Sequence record: OZ195776.1
Reading direction: 5' to 3' (one strand)
Length of the DNA stretch: 64,000 nucleotides
This document shows, piece after piece, positions 43,828 to 54,725 of the stretch. The notes beneath the pieces are model-generated. The model saw only the letters and a program-made list of their open reading frames with translations, made no database searches and was not told the DNA's origin. The position numbers and the translations under genes are program-made. Every line of letters starts with the position of its first letter. The stretch's first letter is position 1.

Positions 43828-44123
43828 TGCCAGCATTAGCAAAAGCAGGTGATCCGACCACGGGTCATGGAACATACCCACCGACCACAGTATCTGGTGG
43901 AAGCAGCAAAGTGTCTGCAGATGGAATTGCGGTATTGTCAGTGGACAACGTAATCCATGATGGGCACACGAATACAGTAAAGCCGTACGATTTTCATCAA
44001 GGTACTGGCGTATCTGGATCGAGTAAGGTGTTTATCGAAGGAAGTCCAGCACTTCGGATCGGTGATACGTTATCTTGTGGTGATACAATCGCTGGCGGTA
44101 GTGGTAAAACAAACGGAGCATAA
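43827..44123 (+). CDS. 5.4: PAAR spike tip protein
   Basis: GDPTTGHG..GSSKVFIEGSPALRIGD..CG. Confidence 0.9.
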   Translation: MPALAKAGDPTTGHGTYPPTTVSGGSSKVSADGIAVLSVDNVIHDGHTNTVKPYDFHQGTGVSGSSKVFIEGSPALRIGDTLSCGDTIAGGSGKTNGA

Positions 44124-44127
44124 TCAA

Positions 44128-44550
44128 ATGGCAGTTACAGAATTAGACACTCTATTGTTGGGTCGTTATCACTACAGCGATATTCCGGCAAATTTTGGTA
44201 AATCAGTTGCGTCAAATGATTTGGCAGCATCTTACGATTTACGTGCAATCAACGAATCCTTGTTGGGTCTTGTACAGACAACTAAAGGCGAACGCCTGTT
44301 TCAACCAACAGTTGGGTGTAATATTAACAAACAATTGTTCGAAAATATCAACCCCGCTGCTGCGTTCACTATTAAGTATAACATTGAAACTACAATTCAG
44401 CAGTATGAACCTCGTGTGCAGATTCAGCAAGTTGACGTTTCGCCGATATACGATCAGAACACTTATCTTGTGACAGTTCGATATCGATTGCGTACTGACG
44501 TCAATAAAGAATACGAGTTCTCATCTCAACTTAGACAAGGATTGGTATAA
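44128..44550 (+). CDS. 25: baseplate wedge gp25
   Basis: YSDI, TTKGERLFQP..G, YEPRV. Confidence 0.9.
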   Translation: MAVTELDTLLLGRYHYSDIPANFGKSVASNDLAASYDLRAINESLLGLVQTTKGERLFQPTVGCNINKQLFENINPAAAFTIKYNIETTIQQYEPRVQIQQVDVSPIYDQNTYLVTVRYRLRTDVNKEYEFSSQLRQGLV

Positions 44551-46514
44551 TGTCAGACAATTACAACTTGCCGGTAGCATCCGGCTCGTTTGAAACAATC
44601 AAGCAAGATTTAATTCAGTACATGAATTCGCAAACTGAATTTAAAGACTACGATTTTACCGGTAGTCGTCTGAACGTCTTGGTTGATTTGCTTGCGTACA
44701 ATACGATGTACATGCAGCATTACTCAAACGCTGCTTTGATGGAAGGGTTTATTCGAACCGCTCAGAGACACAGCAGCGTAGTACAACACGCTCAGGATAT
44801 GGGATACAACCCATCTTCTATAAGCGCATCAACAAATACAATCGGCATTACAGCGTATCATGCTGCAAATCCAACAGAAATCACTCTACCAACAGGTACT
44901 CGATTTTCTGCGGATGTAGATCAGCTAACATACTACCCGTTTGTAACTTGGGATCCGCATATCCTAATTGGTGTCCGTGAAGATCCACTTGATCCACTAT
45001 CTCCTATGGTGTATCGCGGTAACATATCGTTAGTCCAGGGTACACTAGGACGTTACGAGACGGCATTTGATTCAACACAATCGATTCAGATAAAAGATCC
45101 TGATTTGGACCGTCAGTTCGTTCGCGTATTCGTTGATGCTCAAGAATGGACAAACTGGACGGACAAAAGTATCGTAAACACCAATGGTGGTAGTAACGTA
45201 TTCTACTTGAGAGAGACTGTTGATGGCCACACCGAAGTTTACTTTGGCGAAGGCGCTACCACTGACTTTGTTGAGTCAGGAAACGCGTATGATCCTCAAT
45301 ACATTGGTGGCGCAAAACCAGTGAATGGACAGAACGTAGTTGTTCAGTACGTTAAAACATCTGGTCCACTAGCGAACGGCTCACGACGCTTTACATTTGC
45401 GGATGATATCGAAAACTTCGTGTTGGATGATGCAAATATCTCTGATAACCCTAATAACGATGCAAACTTCACAGGTTCACTTGGCGGTGGTTATCCAGAA
45501 GGCACTGAGCGTATTCGAGAGCTTGCTCAAATCTACCGCGAATCTCAACGTCGTTGTGTTACAAAACTAGATTACGAAACGTTCGTTTCTCAGCGTTACG
45601 GTAATATCGTTCAAGCGATTCAAGCGTACGGTGATAGCGAAAGACCTGGCTACGTATTCATTAGTATCAAACCAAAAAGTGGATTGACGCTTCCTCAAGT
45701 CGTGCGTGAAGATATCGAAGCGTATTTGCAGGAATTCAACATTGTGACGGTAACTCCGAAAGTGGTAGATCCTGAATATTTGTACATTCGACACAATTTA
45801 CGCGTCAACTATCGTATTGGTTCGTTATCAGAAGGTGCGGATTACTTGAAGTCTGCGATTACTGCGGCGATATCCGAGTATTATTCTCGAGAAGTTGAGA
45901 TATTCGAAGCATCGTATCACACGTCACGTATGTTGTCATTTGTTGATGCTTCTCATGCGTCAATTCTTGGTAGCCGATGTGATATTTCACTTATCCGTGA
46001 AATTGAAACGTTCTCGCAAACTCCAATGGCTGGTACGAGCTTCTTGAATCCGATTCAAGAGCGTAGCTTAACCACAGGAAATATGCTGTATCTGACCAAG
46101 GATTATAATGTTCAATTGAAGTCTACAGCAAGACGTGGTGGCGAAACAACCGCGGATGTGGGTTGGTTAGTACTTGGTCCGTTTGCACCAGGTGACGTAA
46201 CGAACGCAACTGATCCAGAAACTGGAGAACCAACAGGTCCATACACAGGCGACGATTTTGATCGAGTTCCGGATGGTAACCGTACGGAATATTACCGAGT
46301 TGGTACAATCAATTACGTTACTGGTATGATGGATTACAACTTTGGTGTGTTGGGTATCAACACTGAAGAATGGGATTCTGTTGGATCTGGATACGTGACA
46401 TTTGAAGTATCGCCAGTGCGTACAAACGTATACACAAGTGGCGGAAGTCTAATTGTGTATGAAAATGATTTGCGTCCAGACTACACAACCATAGTGCTAG
46501 AAGGAATTTCTTAA
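44550..46514 (+). CDS. 6: baseplate wedge gp6
   Basis: FKDYDFTGSRLNVLVDLLAYNT, RCVTKLDYE, PGYVFISIKP. Confidence 0.95.
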   Translation: MSDNYNLPVASGSFETIKQDLIQYMNSQTEFKDYDFTGSRLNVLVDLLAYNTMYMQHYSNAALMEGFIRTAQRHSSVVQHAQDMGYNPSSISASTNTIGITAYHAANPTEITLPTGTRFSADVDQLTYYPFVTWDPHILIGVREDPLDPLSPMVYRGNISLVQGTLGRYETAFDSTQSIQIKDPDLDRQFVRVFVDAQEWTNWTDKSIVNTNGGSNVFYLRETVDGHTEVYFGEGATTDFVESGNAYDPQYIGGAKPVNGQNVVVQYVKTSGPLANGSRRFTFADDIENFVLDDANISDNPNNDANFTGSLGGGYPEGTERIRELAQIYRESQRRCVTKLDYETFVSQRYGNIVQAIQAYGDSERPGYVFISIKPKSGLTLPQVVREDIEAYLQEFNIVTVTPKVVDPEYLYIRHNLRVNYRIGSLSEGADYLKSAITAAISEYYSREVEIFEASYHTSRMLSFVDASHASILGSRCDISLIREIETFSQTPMAGTSFLNPIQERSLTTGNMLYLTKDYNVQLKSTARRGGETTADVGWLVLGPFAPGDVTNATDPETGEPTGPYTGDDFDRVPDGNRTEYYRVGTINYVTGMMDYNFGVLGINTEEWDSVGSGYVTFEVSPVRTNVYTSGGSLIVYENDLRPDYTTIVLEGIS

Positions 46515-49500
46515 TGGCAACAGCAACTATTCCGGCGCCTCCTGTAAGGGAGGTGGCCATCACCACCTTAACAAGTCACTTCGCGCGTATCAACTGGGAA
46601 ACGGTTGGTGAGGGTTTCCGTTACGAAATTCAATACCGTTCTGGTGCGTCGTCAGAAGATGTACAAAAAGAGAATTATCGTTCAGTTTATCCAAATCCAT
46701 GGACCGGCGAAACCACGTATTTCACGACTATTTCACCAGAGGTAAAATTCTGGCAGTTTCGTGTGCGTGCAGTATACAAAGGCTTTTTGGATGGGGAATG
46801 GTCGGAATCGTTGATTGGCCAATCGGCTATCGAAAATACATACGATTTATTCTCACAAACTGAGTTTACTCCTGCTACGTCGTTTATTCAAAACCGATTG
46901 GAGCAGAACAATGAAGCATACTTGAATCCACTAAACACGCTTCAAGCAACGCTATGTCGTCCTGGATACTTGTTTGATCCAGCAATGACTGATTATCGCG
47001 CAGCACAAAACTTCTTCGTAACGAATCCGAAATTCAGTGCGAATTACGGAACGATTCCTCAGGTGTGTAATCCAATTACACAAAACCGTCAGGTGCCTGC
47101 AGTGATTGATGATGTAATCTACGTTTTCGAGAAGTGGCAAGAAGTGTGTAAGATTTCAAACGATGGTGGAGCAACTTGGCAAACGTACGATGCGTTGAAC
47201 GATCGAATTGGATTTCCAGTTTACAACTGCGTTGTTCAGCAAAACGATACTTTCAGCTACGTACTTGGTTACAATAACCTAATTCAAGGCGTTAGTTCAT
47301 CCGACGTTGATTTCTCTCATGATAACGGTACTCAGTATTCTTACGCGTCGGTCGATTTGACATTTGATAAATTGGATTACGACTTGGGATTCGGGTTCGA
47401 GGTTGAACGATTCACAAACTTGGCACCATTACCACCACAAGTTACTCAGAAAGCTGATGCATTTGCTGTTGATAACATAATGACGGTTGTCAACTATAAT
47501 AACACTTGGGTTTGGCACAATAACCGTGTTCCTGACATTGACGATAACGTGTCTTCTCCACACTATGGTGAGCGTTTATTCAGATACACTGGTCACGATG
47601 GTAGCAACAATCCAATATACGAACAGGGTGTAATTGTACCAAATGATTCGTCTCGTCCTGAATTTGACGAGAATACGAGTCCAGTTGCTGTTAAAAAGAT
47701 GCAATACTTCATCGACCCTACTGGCAATGCTGAGCCAGGTAATGACATTGGTGCGATATACGCATTGGTAATGGGCGAGTGGATCTTAGATGCTGACGGT
47801 AACCGTGCTGGTGTTGTAGATCCAAACGAAATCCGTGGTATTTGGAGATTGAATCGCACACCGGTACAAGATTCAGATGGTGTGGTTGTAGATTTCACGA
47901 ACTTTTCTTGGACTCGTGTATACGGCGAAAGTATCGTTGAGCGTCAATCCGTAAATGAATTCTCGACAATATCTCGCGATGAAACTCATCTAATCGTTGG
48001 TCACGACCTCATTCCTTTTGTAGGTGAGCCAGGAACACCATTGTACGATAGTCGTCAACAATCAAGTGGAGCTTCTGTGAAACTTGTGAATGGCGATTTT
48101 GATAACACGGTTGGTGGTTGGACTGCGATCAATGCAGGATATACGCTAACGTGGGATGATACAAATGGTCGAGCTCGTGTTGATTCAGTATCAGCGTCTG
48201 ACGATAAACCTGAGATTATCAGCTCTGGTAATCCAATGACGATTACTTCAGGTTCGTTGTACCAAATTGGCGCTAATTTTGATATGGAAGGTACCAACGT
48301 CGTGCCTAAAATTGTTATTCGTGAAGCGGGCAACCTATCGAATATCATTCATACGATTTCCGGAGCCGCGACTAACGGAACGAGCAACAATCAACAACTA
48401 GTTAATGAATATTGGTCAAGTACGTTTAGTGGTGATGTTGTGGTTGGTCTTCAATCGGATGCATCAGCAGCTACTGAGTCACCAGAAACAATATCAACGT
48501 GGTTTGATAACGCTCGATTTGGTGGATATCACTCTCAGCCAAAAGATTTCTACGGCACGATCGACGATCCCGAATTGGTGTTGACTGACCCAGACGTGTC
48601 TGAGGCTGTTCAGTTCTTCTCTCGTCCATTGTATACGACAGAGAAACAACCTGGTCGTCAAATCATCGCTACCACAACGGGCGATGTTGGAGATTGGTCA
48701 CCAAAACCACAAGACTATTACGGCGCATCGGATTTCAACTGGATGCAGCGTGGCGGTACTCGTGATGTTAAGAGTTGGGCACTGGAAATCATTTACTTGA
48801 AACCAGCAACAACATTTACTGAGGATTTTGACAATGCTGATGCTGTTCGTTGGAAAGAGACGCAAATCGATGAAACGTACTTGTTCCAAGCACCTGATTT
48901 GACCGTTCGCGGATTTAACGGGTATGCTGATGGAGCAATTATCCACACATCGAATGATGCAAAAGTACTTGGGTACTACAAGTTCCCATATCGCGTGGAT
49001 GTAACAGCTCCGATTCGTTGGAACCCAACAACCCACGTTGTAAGTGGATCGTTGATTGCATATGACCCAATTGTGATTACGCCACCATCTGAAAATGTAT
49101 TCAAAATCAATGATCCTGAGTTAAGTCAGTTGATTTACAAGTTTGCGCCAGAAGCGTACTTGGACAATGATGGATACTTCAAAAAGTTCATTGAATACTA
49201 CATGCAGTACGTATCGAAGGGTACCAACTCATCGTATAATAACCTGTACAACTTGATGAACAGCAAAAATCCATCAACGGAGCAGTATACTGAATACTTG
49301 CATAAGATGATTTACCAACGTAACCGTTATCTTGATGATGACAAGCGTACGGCTGTTACCAAGTTCTTCTTGGAGCGTCGTGGTGATTTCTACAGCACGA
49401 AAGGCATTATCGATTCTTATCAATTCTTGTTTAAGTTGCTTTACAACGAAGCAGTTGAAGTTGAAGTTGAATCGCTAAATCGTTTTGAATACTTCTTGGA

Positions 49501-50491
49501 GGTATCTTCGAATGATGTAACCGCCGATGTTGTTGGTCGTCGTATGTACTCCGACAACGGTTCTGCTGATATCACGTACTACGAACGTCATTACGAAGAC
49601 GGCAAACGTTATTGGAAATTCAGCTTAAACAACCTGATTGGTTCGTTTGTTGAAGGCGATGAAATACAAATCGATGGTCTTGAGTTCACAGCAACCTCAA
49701 GAGGTAGCGTATCAGGCGATATAATCGATTATCAAGCGAAAGACTTTGCTGATCGAAACAAGTCATATTACGTTATGAAACTACGTAGTGAGATGCAATT
49801 GAGCCAGTATTACGACGATGTAATTCGCTTCGTACATCCAGTTGGATTCAATTTCGTTGGTATTACAGTACTAACCGCATTGATTAACCAAGGTGTATCA
49901 ATTGCTCGTGTCGAAAACATTGTAGATTTCTTCTTCACCAACCGTGCGGATAGTGGAATCGGCAAGACGTTCCCAGCAATCACGTCTTACTTGGACGTGG
50001 ACGGCAATCGTCAATATGATGATAAAGGTAACTTACTGACCCGTGTTCACCACCTAGCTGGCCAACTTTGTTTGGATCATAGCATTATCGATTATGTAGC
50101 TGGTACAACTGGCATTACAGAAACGCAGTATAATGACTATTGGGGCAATGATTATTCGATTGCACTCGACGAAACCAAAGCGATTAACGAAACTCGTATA
50201 GTCGAAACTGCAACGGGTGATCCGACAGATGAGTGGGGAGGTTTTACTAGAACAGTGAATCCTGACTTCAACCCAACAGCAACGGTTCGTATGGCAGACG
50301 TAAATAACTCAATACAATGGGACTTGACGCCCTATGATAGAACCGGTGAAAACGTTCCTGGTTGTGCGTCAGCTTGGGCATCTGTATCGGATATGCGTAA
50401 CGATCCATCACGTCGATTGAAAGACAATGTTGGTAATCCATACGATCCAGAGGTGCCGACTCAGAAACATGTAGGAGATTTGAGTGGCTAA
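46514..50491 (+). CDS. 7: baseplate wedge gp7 with inserted carbohydrate-binding-like domain
   Basis: N-terminal FN3-like domain, FYSTKGIIDSYQFLFKLLYNE, HPVGF. Confidence 0.9.
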   Translation: MATATIPAPPVREVAITTLTSHFARINWETVGEGFRYEIQYRSGASSEDVQKENYRSVYPNPWTGETTYFTTISPEVKFWQFRVRAVYKGFLDGEWSESLIGQSAIENTYDLFSQTEFTPATSFIQNRLEQNNEAYLNPLNTLQATLCRPGYLFDPAMTDYRAAQNFFVTNPKFSANYGTIPQVCNPITQNRQVPAVIDDVIYVFEKWQEVCKISNDGGATWQTYDALNDRIGFPVYNCVVQQNDTFSYVLGYNNLIQGVSSSDVDFSHDNGTQYSYASVDLTFDKLDYDLGFGFEVERFTNLAPLPPQVTQKADAFAVDNIMTVVNYNNTWVWHNNRVPDIDDNVSSPHYGERLFRYTGHDGSNNPIYEQGVIVPNDSSRPEFDENTSPVAVKKMQYFIDPTGNAEPGNDIGAIYALVMGEWILDADGNRAGVVDPNEIRGIWRLNRTPVQDSDGVVVDFTNFSWTRVYGESIVERQSVNEFSTISRDETHLIVGHDLIPFVGEPGTPLYDSRQQSSGASVKLVNGDFDNTVGGWTAINAGYTLTWDDTNGRARVDSVSASDDKPEIISSGNPMTITSGSLYQIGANFDMEGTNVVPKIVIREAGNLSNIIHTISGAATNGTSNNQQLVNEYWSSTFSGDVVVGLQSDASAATESPETISTWFDNARFGGYHSQPKDFYGTIDDPELVLTDPDVSEAVQFFSRPLYTTEKQPGRQIIATTTGDVGDWSPKPQDYYGASDFNWMQRGGTRDVKSWALEIIYLKPATTFTEDFDNADAVRWKETQIDETYLFQAPDLTVRGFNGYADGAIIHTSNDAKVLGYYKFPYRVDVTAPIRWNPTTHVVSGSLIAYDPIVITPPSENVFKINDPELSQLIYKFAPEAYLDNDGYFKKFIEYYMQYVSKGTNSSYNNLYNLMNSKNPSTEQYTEYLHKMIYQRNRYLDDDKRTAVTKFFLERRGDFYSTKGIIDSYQFLFKLLYNEAVEVEVESLNRFEYFLEVSSNDVTADVVGRRMYSDNGSADITYYERHYEDGKRYWKFSLNNLIGSFVEGDEIQIDGLEFTATSRGSVSGDIIDYQAKDFADRNKSYYVMKLRSEMQLSQYYDDVIRFVHPVGFNFVGITVLTALINQGVSIARVENIVDFFFTNRADSGIGKTFPAITSYLDVDGNRQYDDKGNLLTRVHHLAGQLCLDHSIIDYVAGTTGITETQYNDYWGNDYSIALDETKAINETRIVETATGDPTDEWGGFTRTVNPDFNPTATVRMADVNNSIQWDLTPYDRTGENVPGCASAWASVSDMRNDPSRRLKDNVGNPYDPEVPTQKHVGDLSG

Positions 50492-51506
50492 GATTTACAG
50501 AAGTACGATTACTACGGAATATCGTACTAAAAACCTGATGAACTTTTTTGACCAGATCGGCGATACAGCCGATCTGAACACAATTTATTTGATGTTCGGT
50601 CGTACGGAAAGTTGGTCAGATCGCGAAGATGAAATTAACTTCGCTCCTCCGTATCCTGATGATTCAGCGGACGGTCAAGCAGATGCTTGGGCTCGTGCGT
50701 TGGGTTTTGTTAAAATTCCAAGAACTCAATTACGTCCGGTTATTCCACGACGAGATTGGGGTGATCCAGACGTTACGGATCCGCTACGATTTACGTTTGG
50801 TGATATTGTGGTTGTGAATACAATCGCTGAAAACAGTCACCCGAGCGCATATCCTGGATACATGGTATATCGTTGTGTTGATATTCCAGAGACGGATCCA
50901 AACAACCCAGCCATTCGTGGCACGTGTAGTAAACCAGAAATTACCAATAAGTCGGATTGTGTGGCAGTTGGTGGTACTTGGTCTGCTCCGCGTTCACCTG
51001 GATTGGAAGAGAATATTCCACACGGTACTGGCAATGCGGTTAATACCGGCGATGGTTACATTTGGGAATATTTGTACACCATTCCACCAAGCGACGTAAT
51101 CACTGACGTGACCAACGAATACATCGTATGTCCAACTCCGAGTGATGTTATTGGAAATCGGAAAGCATGGGGATTGCATGAAGTAATCACGTTTGATCCG
51201 TCTTTGGACAACACAATCTTTAGTGTTGGTGCTACGCAATTGCGCTTCCGTTCTAAATTAATTGGTGGTGACTTTGCACACTTGTTCGGTCCAGGAAACA
51301 ACGGATATCGTCAAGTGAATGTGGTACTGAATCCTTTATTGAAACGTTTGTCGGCAACTGAACCAGCCGTGAAAGCAACTGCGACGACGTACAATCCTGG
51401 CGATATTGAAGAAATGACCGGTGAGGTGATTTACATGGAGAATCGCCAGCCAATTAAGAAATCAATTGACCAGGTTGAAGAGTTCAACTTGATCTTCCAA
51501 TTCTAA
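50484..51506 (+). CDS. 8: baseplate wedge gp8
   Basis: IYRSTITTEYRT, FAPPYP, GDGYIWEYLYTIP, IYMENR. Confidence 0.95.
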   Translation: MAKIYRSTITTEYRTKNLMNFFDQIGDTADLNTIYLMFGRTESWSDREDEINFAPPYPDDSADGQADAWARALGFVKIPRTQLRPVIPRRDWGDPDVTDPLRFTFGDIVVVNTIAENSHPSAYPGYMVYRCVDIPETDPNNPAIRGTCSKPEITNKSDCVAVGGTWSAPRSPGLEENIPHGTGNAVNTGDGYIWEYLYTIPPSDVITDVTNEYIVCPTPSDVIGNRKAWGLHEVITFDPSLDNTIFSVGATQLRFRSKLIGGDFAHLFGPGNNGYRQVNVVLNPLLKRLSATEPAVKATATTYNPGDIEEMTGEVIYMENRQPIKKSIDQVEEFNLIFQF

Positions 51507-51515
51507 GGAAACACG

Positions 51516-52469
51516 ATGGGACGTAAAAGACTTGAAACTGGTACCGCTGGCTCGGTTGGTACCGGTGACACCATCCATAATGGTGGTAACAAACTACGTG
51601 ATAATTCAGATGAGTTTTATCACATTTCTGCTGACTTTGAATTAACAGATGCTGGTGAATCGTATATCCCTGTTCAAGGAGATACCGCACCTCGTCCATT
51701 TGCAGATGGTTATTATAACCGCATACCACCGTCAAGCACAGCCGGTGGTATTGGTGGTCCAAACAACACCAACTTACAAAACAGCATAGTAACGGGTGGC
51801 AAATACGACCTAGATTCATCTACTGTCGGTGGTGGTGGTAATATGATTATTACACTACCTCGAATCGGAGTAGCAGCTGGTCAAGCCAAGCGCGGTGAGC
51901 ATGTTGTATTCCAGAATACAACTGGATCGTTTTCGGACAACCCTCTGGAGCTTCGTCCAGAAGCTGGTCAAGCAATACTGGGTGCAAATACAACAACCGG
52001 TTCTTATGTAATTCGAGATAACCACGTGCAGATCGATTGTATCGTTACTGATGATGGTACCGGTGCTGCTGCTGAACCACAATGGACGATCAAGATTTCG
52101 CCAATTGGTGGGGAGTTTGGTGCTCCTGTTAACCACACAGAATATACAATTCCTAGTGGTGACTCTCGAGTGGTTGACTTGTTTGATGTTAACTCCTATC
52201 CAGCAATCAAAATTATGATGTTCGGAGAGAATCGAGATACTGGTACTTCATTACCAACGCGTTGGACAGCATCGGAAATTCTGCTATTAAATACAGGCAG
52301 TGACGTTTACGTTGATGAATACAGTGTTATCAATTCAGATTCGGCTTTCGGATCGATGTACTCAATTGCTTGTGATATTTCAACAGGCAGGGTTCGAATG
52401 ACTGTGACCTCAAACGATGATAACGTATCTGTATCGATTAAGTCAATCGAAACAATCCGCTTAGTATAA
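51516..52469 (+). CDS. 9: baseplate tail fibre connector gp9
   Basis: TGDTIHNGGNKL; position between 8 and 10. Confidence 0.85.
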   Translation: MGRKRLETGTAGSVGTGDTIHNGGNKLRDNSDEFYHISADFELTDAGESYIPVQGDTAPRPFADGYYNRIPPSSTAGGIGGPNNTNLQNSIVTGGKYDLDSSTVGGGGNMIITLPRIGVAAGQAKRGEHVVFQNTTGSFSDNPLELRPEAGQAILGANTTTGSYVIRDNHVQIDCIVTDDGTGAAAEPQWTIKISPIGGEFGAPVNHTEYTIPSGDSRVVDLFDVNSYPAIKIMMFGENRDTGTSLPTRWTASEILLLNTGSDVYVDEYSVINSDSAFGSMYSIACDISTGRVRMTVTSNDDNVSVSIKSIETIRLV

Positions 52470-52478
52470 GGAAAACCA

Positions 52479-54725
52479 ATGAAGCAGACGATTAACGTCG
52501 GTTCTGTGGTTGATGACGGCACTGGCGACTATCTTCGCGCCAGTTCCATCAAAACCAGAGACAACTTTGACGAAATTTATAGAAACCTGGGCGATGGTGC
52601 AAACATCTTCGCGGCAGGTGCATGGAGAACGTGGCGTTATTCAGCGACGTTCTTAAATGGCGATACAACTTGGGACGACGCTAATCGAGAAGCATACTTC
52701 GATGAAGATGGCAATGGTCGTGGTCCATACCTAAACTTACGCTTTGGTGAATCGTGGGTTATTGATACTTCGATTGCCTCCGTAGAATTGCAACTACCAC
52801 CAGGTGTTGAGGAAGTAGATTACGGTAAATCGATTCGAATTCGTGACGCTCGTGGTACTTGGGATCGCTTTAAAGTAACAATTAAACCAGATCCGCGCGA
52901 TTCAATCAAACGAGTTGCTGGTAGTTCTTCTGTGGAACTGGGCAAATCTGTTGAATTTACAGATGCGTATCAAGATCTAGAGCTAGTGTTTACGCCACCT
53001 CGTCATTGGGAATACGTGGCACAGAAATATGTAAATGGATTGACGTTCGGCGACGTTCCATCAGTTCTACGTCGTGCTATCTTGGCTCGTGAAGGACAGC
53101 GTGATTTTAACATCGAAGCTGAACTAGGTGGTGAGTACAACAGCAGTGCTGTGGAAGTGTATCGTCGTGGTAACTTGATGTACTACGGAAGCGCAGGTCT
53201 CCAAGACGCTTCAGATTACGGCTCTATTCCATTACACACAGTTCCAGCGTGGATTCCAAACAACCCGAATGCGTACATGGTAGGTGATTTGGTTGTTGGT
53301 CAAGCTGGTACAGCTTACGACGATCGTATTTGGCAATGTAATACAGAACATAACTCGACTGGCGCGTGGGAACCTACGTATTGGACTGAGTTTGCAGATA
53401 AGCCTGATTACGCAGAATTTGCTGGATCGACCGCGTATACAGCAGGTACAATTGTTTACCAAACAATAGACACGTACGATGAACTATTTGAATGTCTAGT
53501 GGCTCATACGTCCGCAGCAGGTACTACTGATCTCACCACAGACAACAGATGGCGTCAGATCACAAATGGTGATTTAGCTCCTCTTGATGGTCGTACAATT
53601 CGTCTTCGTTTGGGTGCCGTTGAAGGTGATCCGATTGCTTGTGTGACTTATTTGGCAGATGTGTCGAGTTTCCGAAGCAGTTATGTGATGCGTTCAATAC
53701 AAGTCGTTGACGAAGGGCACTTGGCAGTTGAAGCAGTTCCAGGACAGATAGTATCTCGTGTGCTTGAAGATGGAATGCAATTAACTCTTGCTGACTTCGC
53801 ATTTCCCGCGTATACGCAGTACAATACAGAAACTCTAGAAGTTCTTGTGAATGGTACGTTGTTAATCCCAGCAAATACGGCAGGTTTGGGTGATGCTAAT
53901 AGTGGTACTGACTACGATTACGATACTATTCAAGATGCTGATGGTCGTTGGAATGGACTTCAATTTAACGAACCGTTAGTTGATTCAGACATCGTAACAA
54001 TTCGTTGGTTTGATAACGTCATTGGTACGCTATTAACGTGGGATGAAGGTCAAGATAACATTCAGAGCCGCTCGCGTGACATATTCGTATCGCGTGACGA
54101 TTGGAGTGAAATCCGCCGTACAAACACGATGACTTACTCGGATCCAGCAAATCCTAATGCGGGCAACGCGACAATCGATCCGGACGCTGAAGTTAACGCA
54201 CCTGGTAGCAACCTAACTGATTTGATGAAGACAATTTATCCAATTGGCTCGGTTTACATAAACGCGAATAACCCAAACAATCCGTTCGATTACATGGGCT
54301 TTGGTACGTGGGTGCGTTATGGTGAAGGTCAAGCAATCGTTGGTTGGAACAGCCAGGATGATGGTACATTCCACCGTAACAACAATAACGGTAACATTGT
54401 ACAAGCTGGTGGTACTGGCGGCAATATCGGTGTGACTCTAGTCGCGGCGAACATTCCAGAACTAATTAGTACAACCAACCCAAATTACGCAAATCCAGGT
54501 GATCGAGATATTGGCGACGTTACAGAGCAATATTCTTTGGTAGCTCGTAGTACCGCGTCTGGTGGTAGCATTAACTTGAATGGTTGTTTGGGCGATCCAA
54601 CTGACTACACACCGTTGTCATACTACGCAGAAGAACCTATCAAGGTAAATCATGGCAATGTAGCAGTGGCGGTAGATGTAGTTCAGCCGTTTATTACAGC
54701 CTACACGTGGATAAGGACTGAATAA
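52479..54725 (+). CDS. 10: baseplate wedge gp10 with two CBM5/12-like inserts
   Basis: MKQTINVGSVVDDGTGDYLR, IYPIGSVY..NPNNP..MGFGTW, VQPFIT..WIR. Confidence 0.95.
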   Translation: MKQTINVGSVVDDGTGDYLRASSIKTRDNFDEIYRNLGDGANIFAAGAWRTWRYSATFLNGDTTWDDANREAYFDEDGNGRGPYLNLRFGESWVIDTSIASVELQLPPGVEEVDYGKSIRIRDARGTWDRFKVTIKPDPRDSIKRVAGSSSVELGKSVEFTDAYQDLELVFTPPRHWEYVAQKYVNGLTFGDVPSVLRRAILAREGQRDFNIEAELGGEYNSSAVEVYRRGNLMYYGSAGLQDASDYGSIPLHTVPAWIPNNPNAYMVGDLVVGQAGTAYDDRIWQCNTEHNSTGAWEPTYWTEFADKPDYAEFAGSTAYTAGTIVYQTIDTYDELFECLVAHTSAAGTTDLTTDNRWRQITNGDLAPLDGRTIRLRLGAVEGDPIACVTYLADVSSFRSSYVMRSIQVVDEGHLAVEAVPGQIVSRVLEDGMQLTLADFAFPAYTQYNTETLEVLVNGTLLIPANTAGLGDANSGTDYDYDTIQDADGRWNGLQFNEPLVDSDIVTIRWFDNVIGTLLTWDEGQDNIQSRSRDIFVSRDDWSEIRRTNTMTYSDPANPNAGNATIDPDAEVNAPGSNLTDLMKTIYPIGSVYINANNPNNPFDYMGFGTWVRYGEGQAIVGWNSQDDGTFHRNNNNGNIVQAGGTGGNIGVTLVAANIPELISTTNPNYANPGDRDIGDVTEQYSLVARSTASGGSINLNGCLGDPTDYTPLSYYAEEPIKVNHGNVAVAVDVVQPFITAYTWIRTE

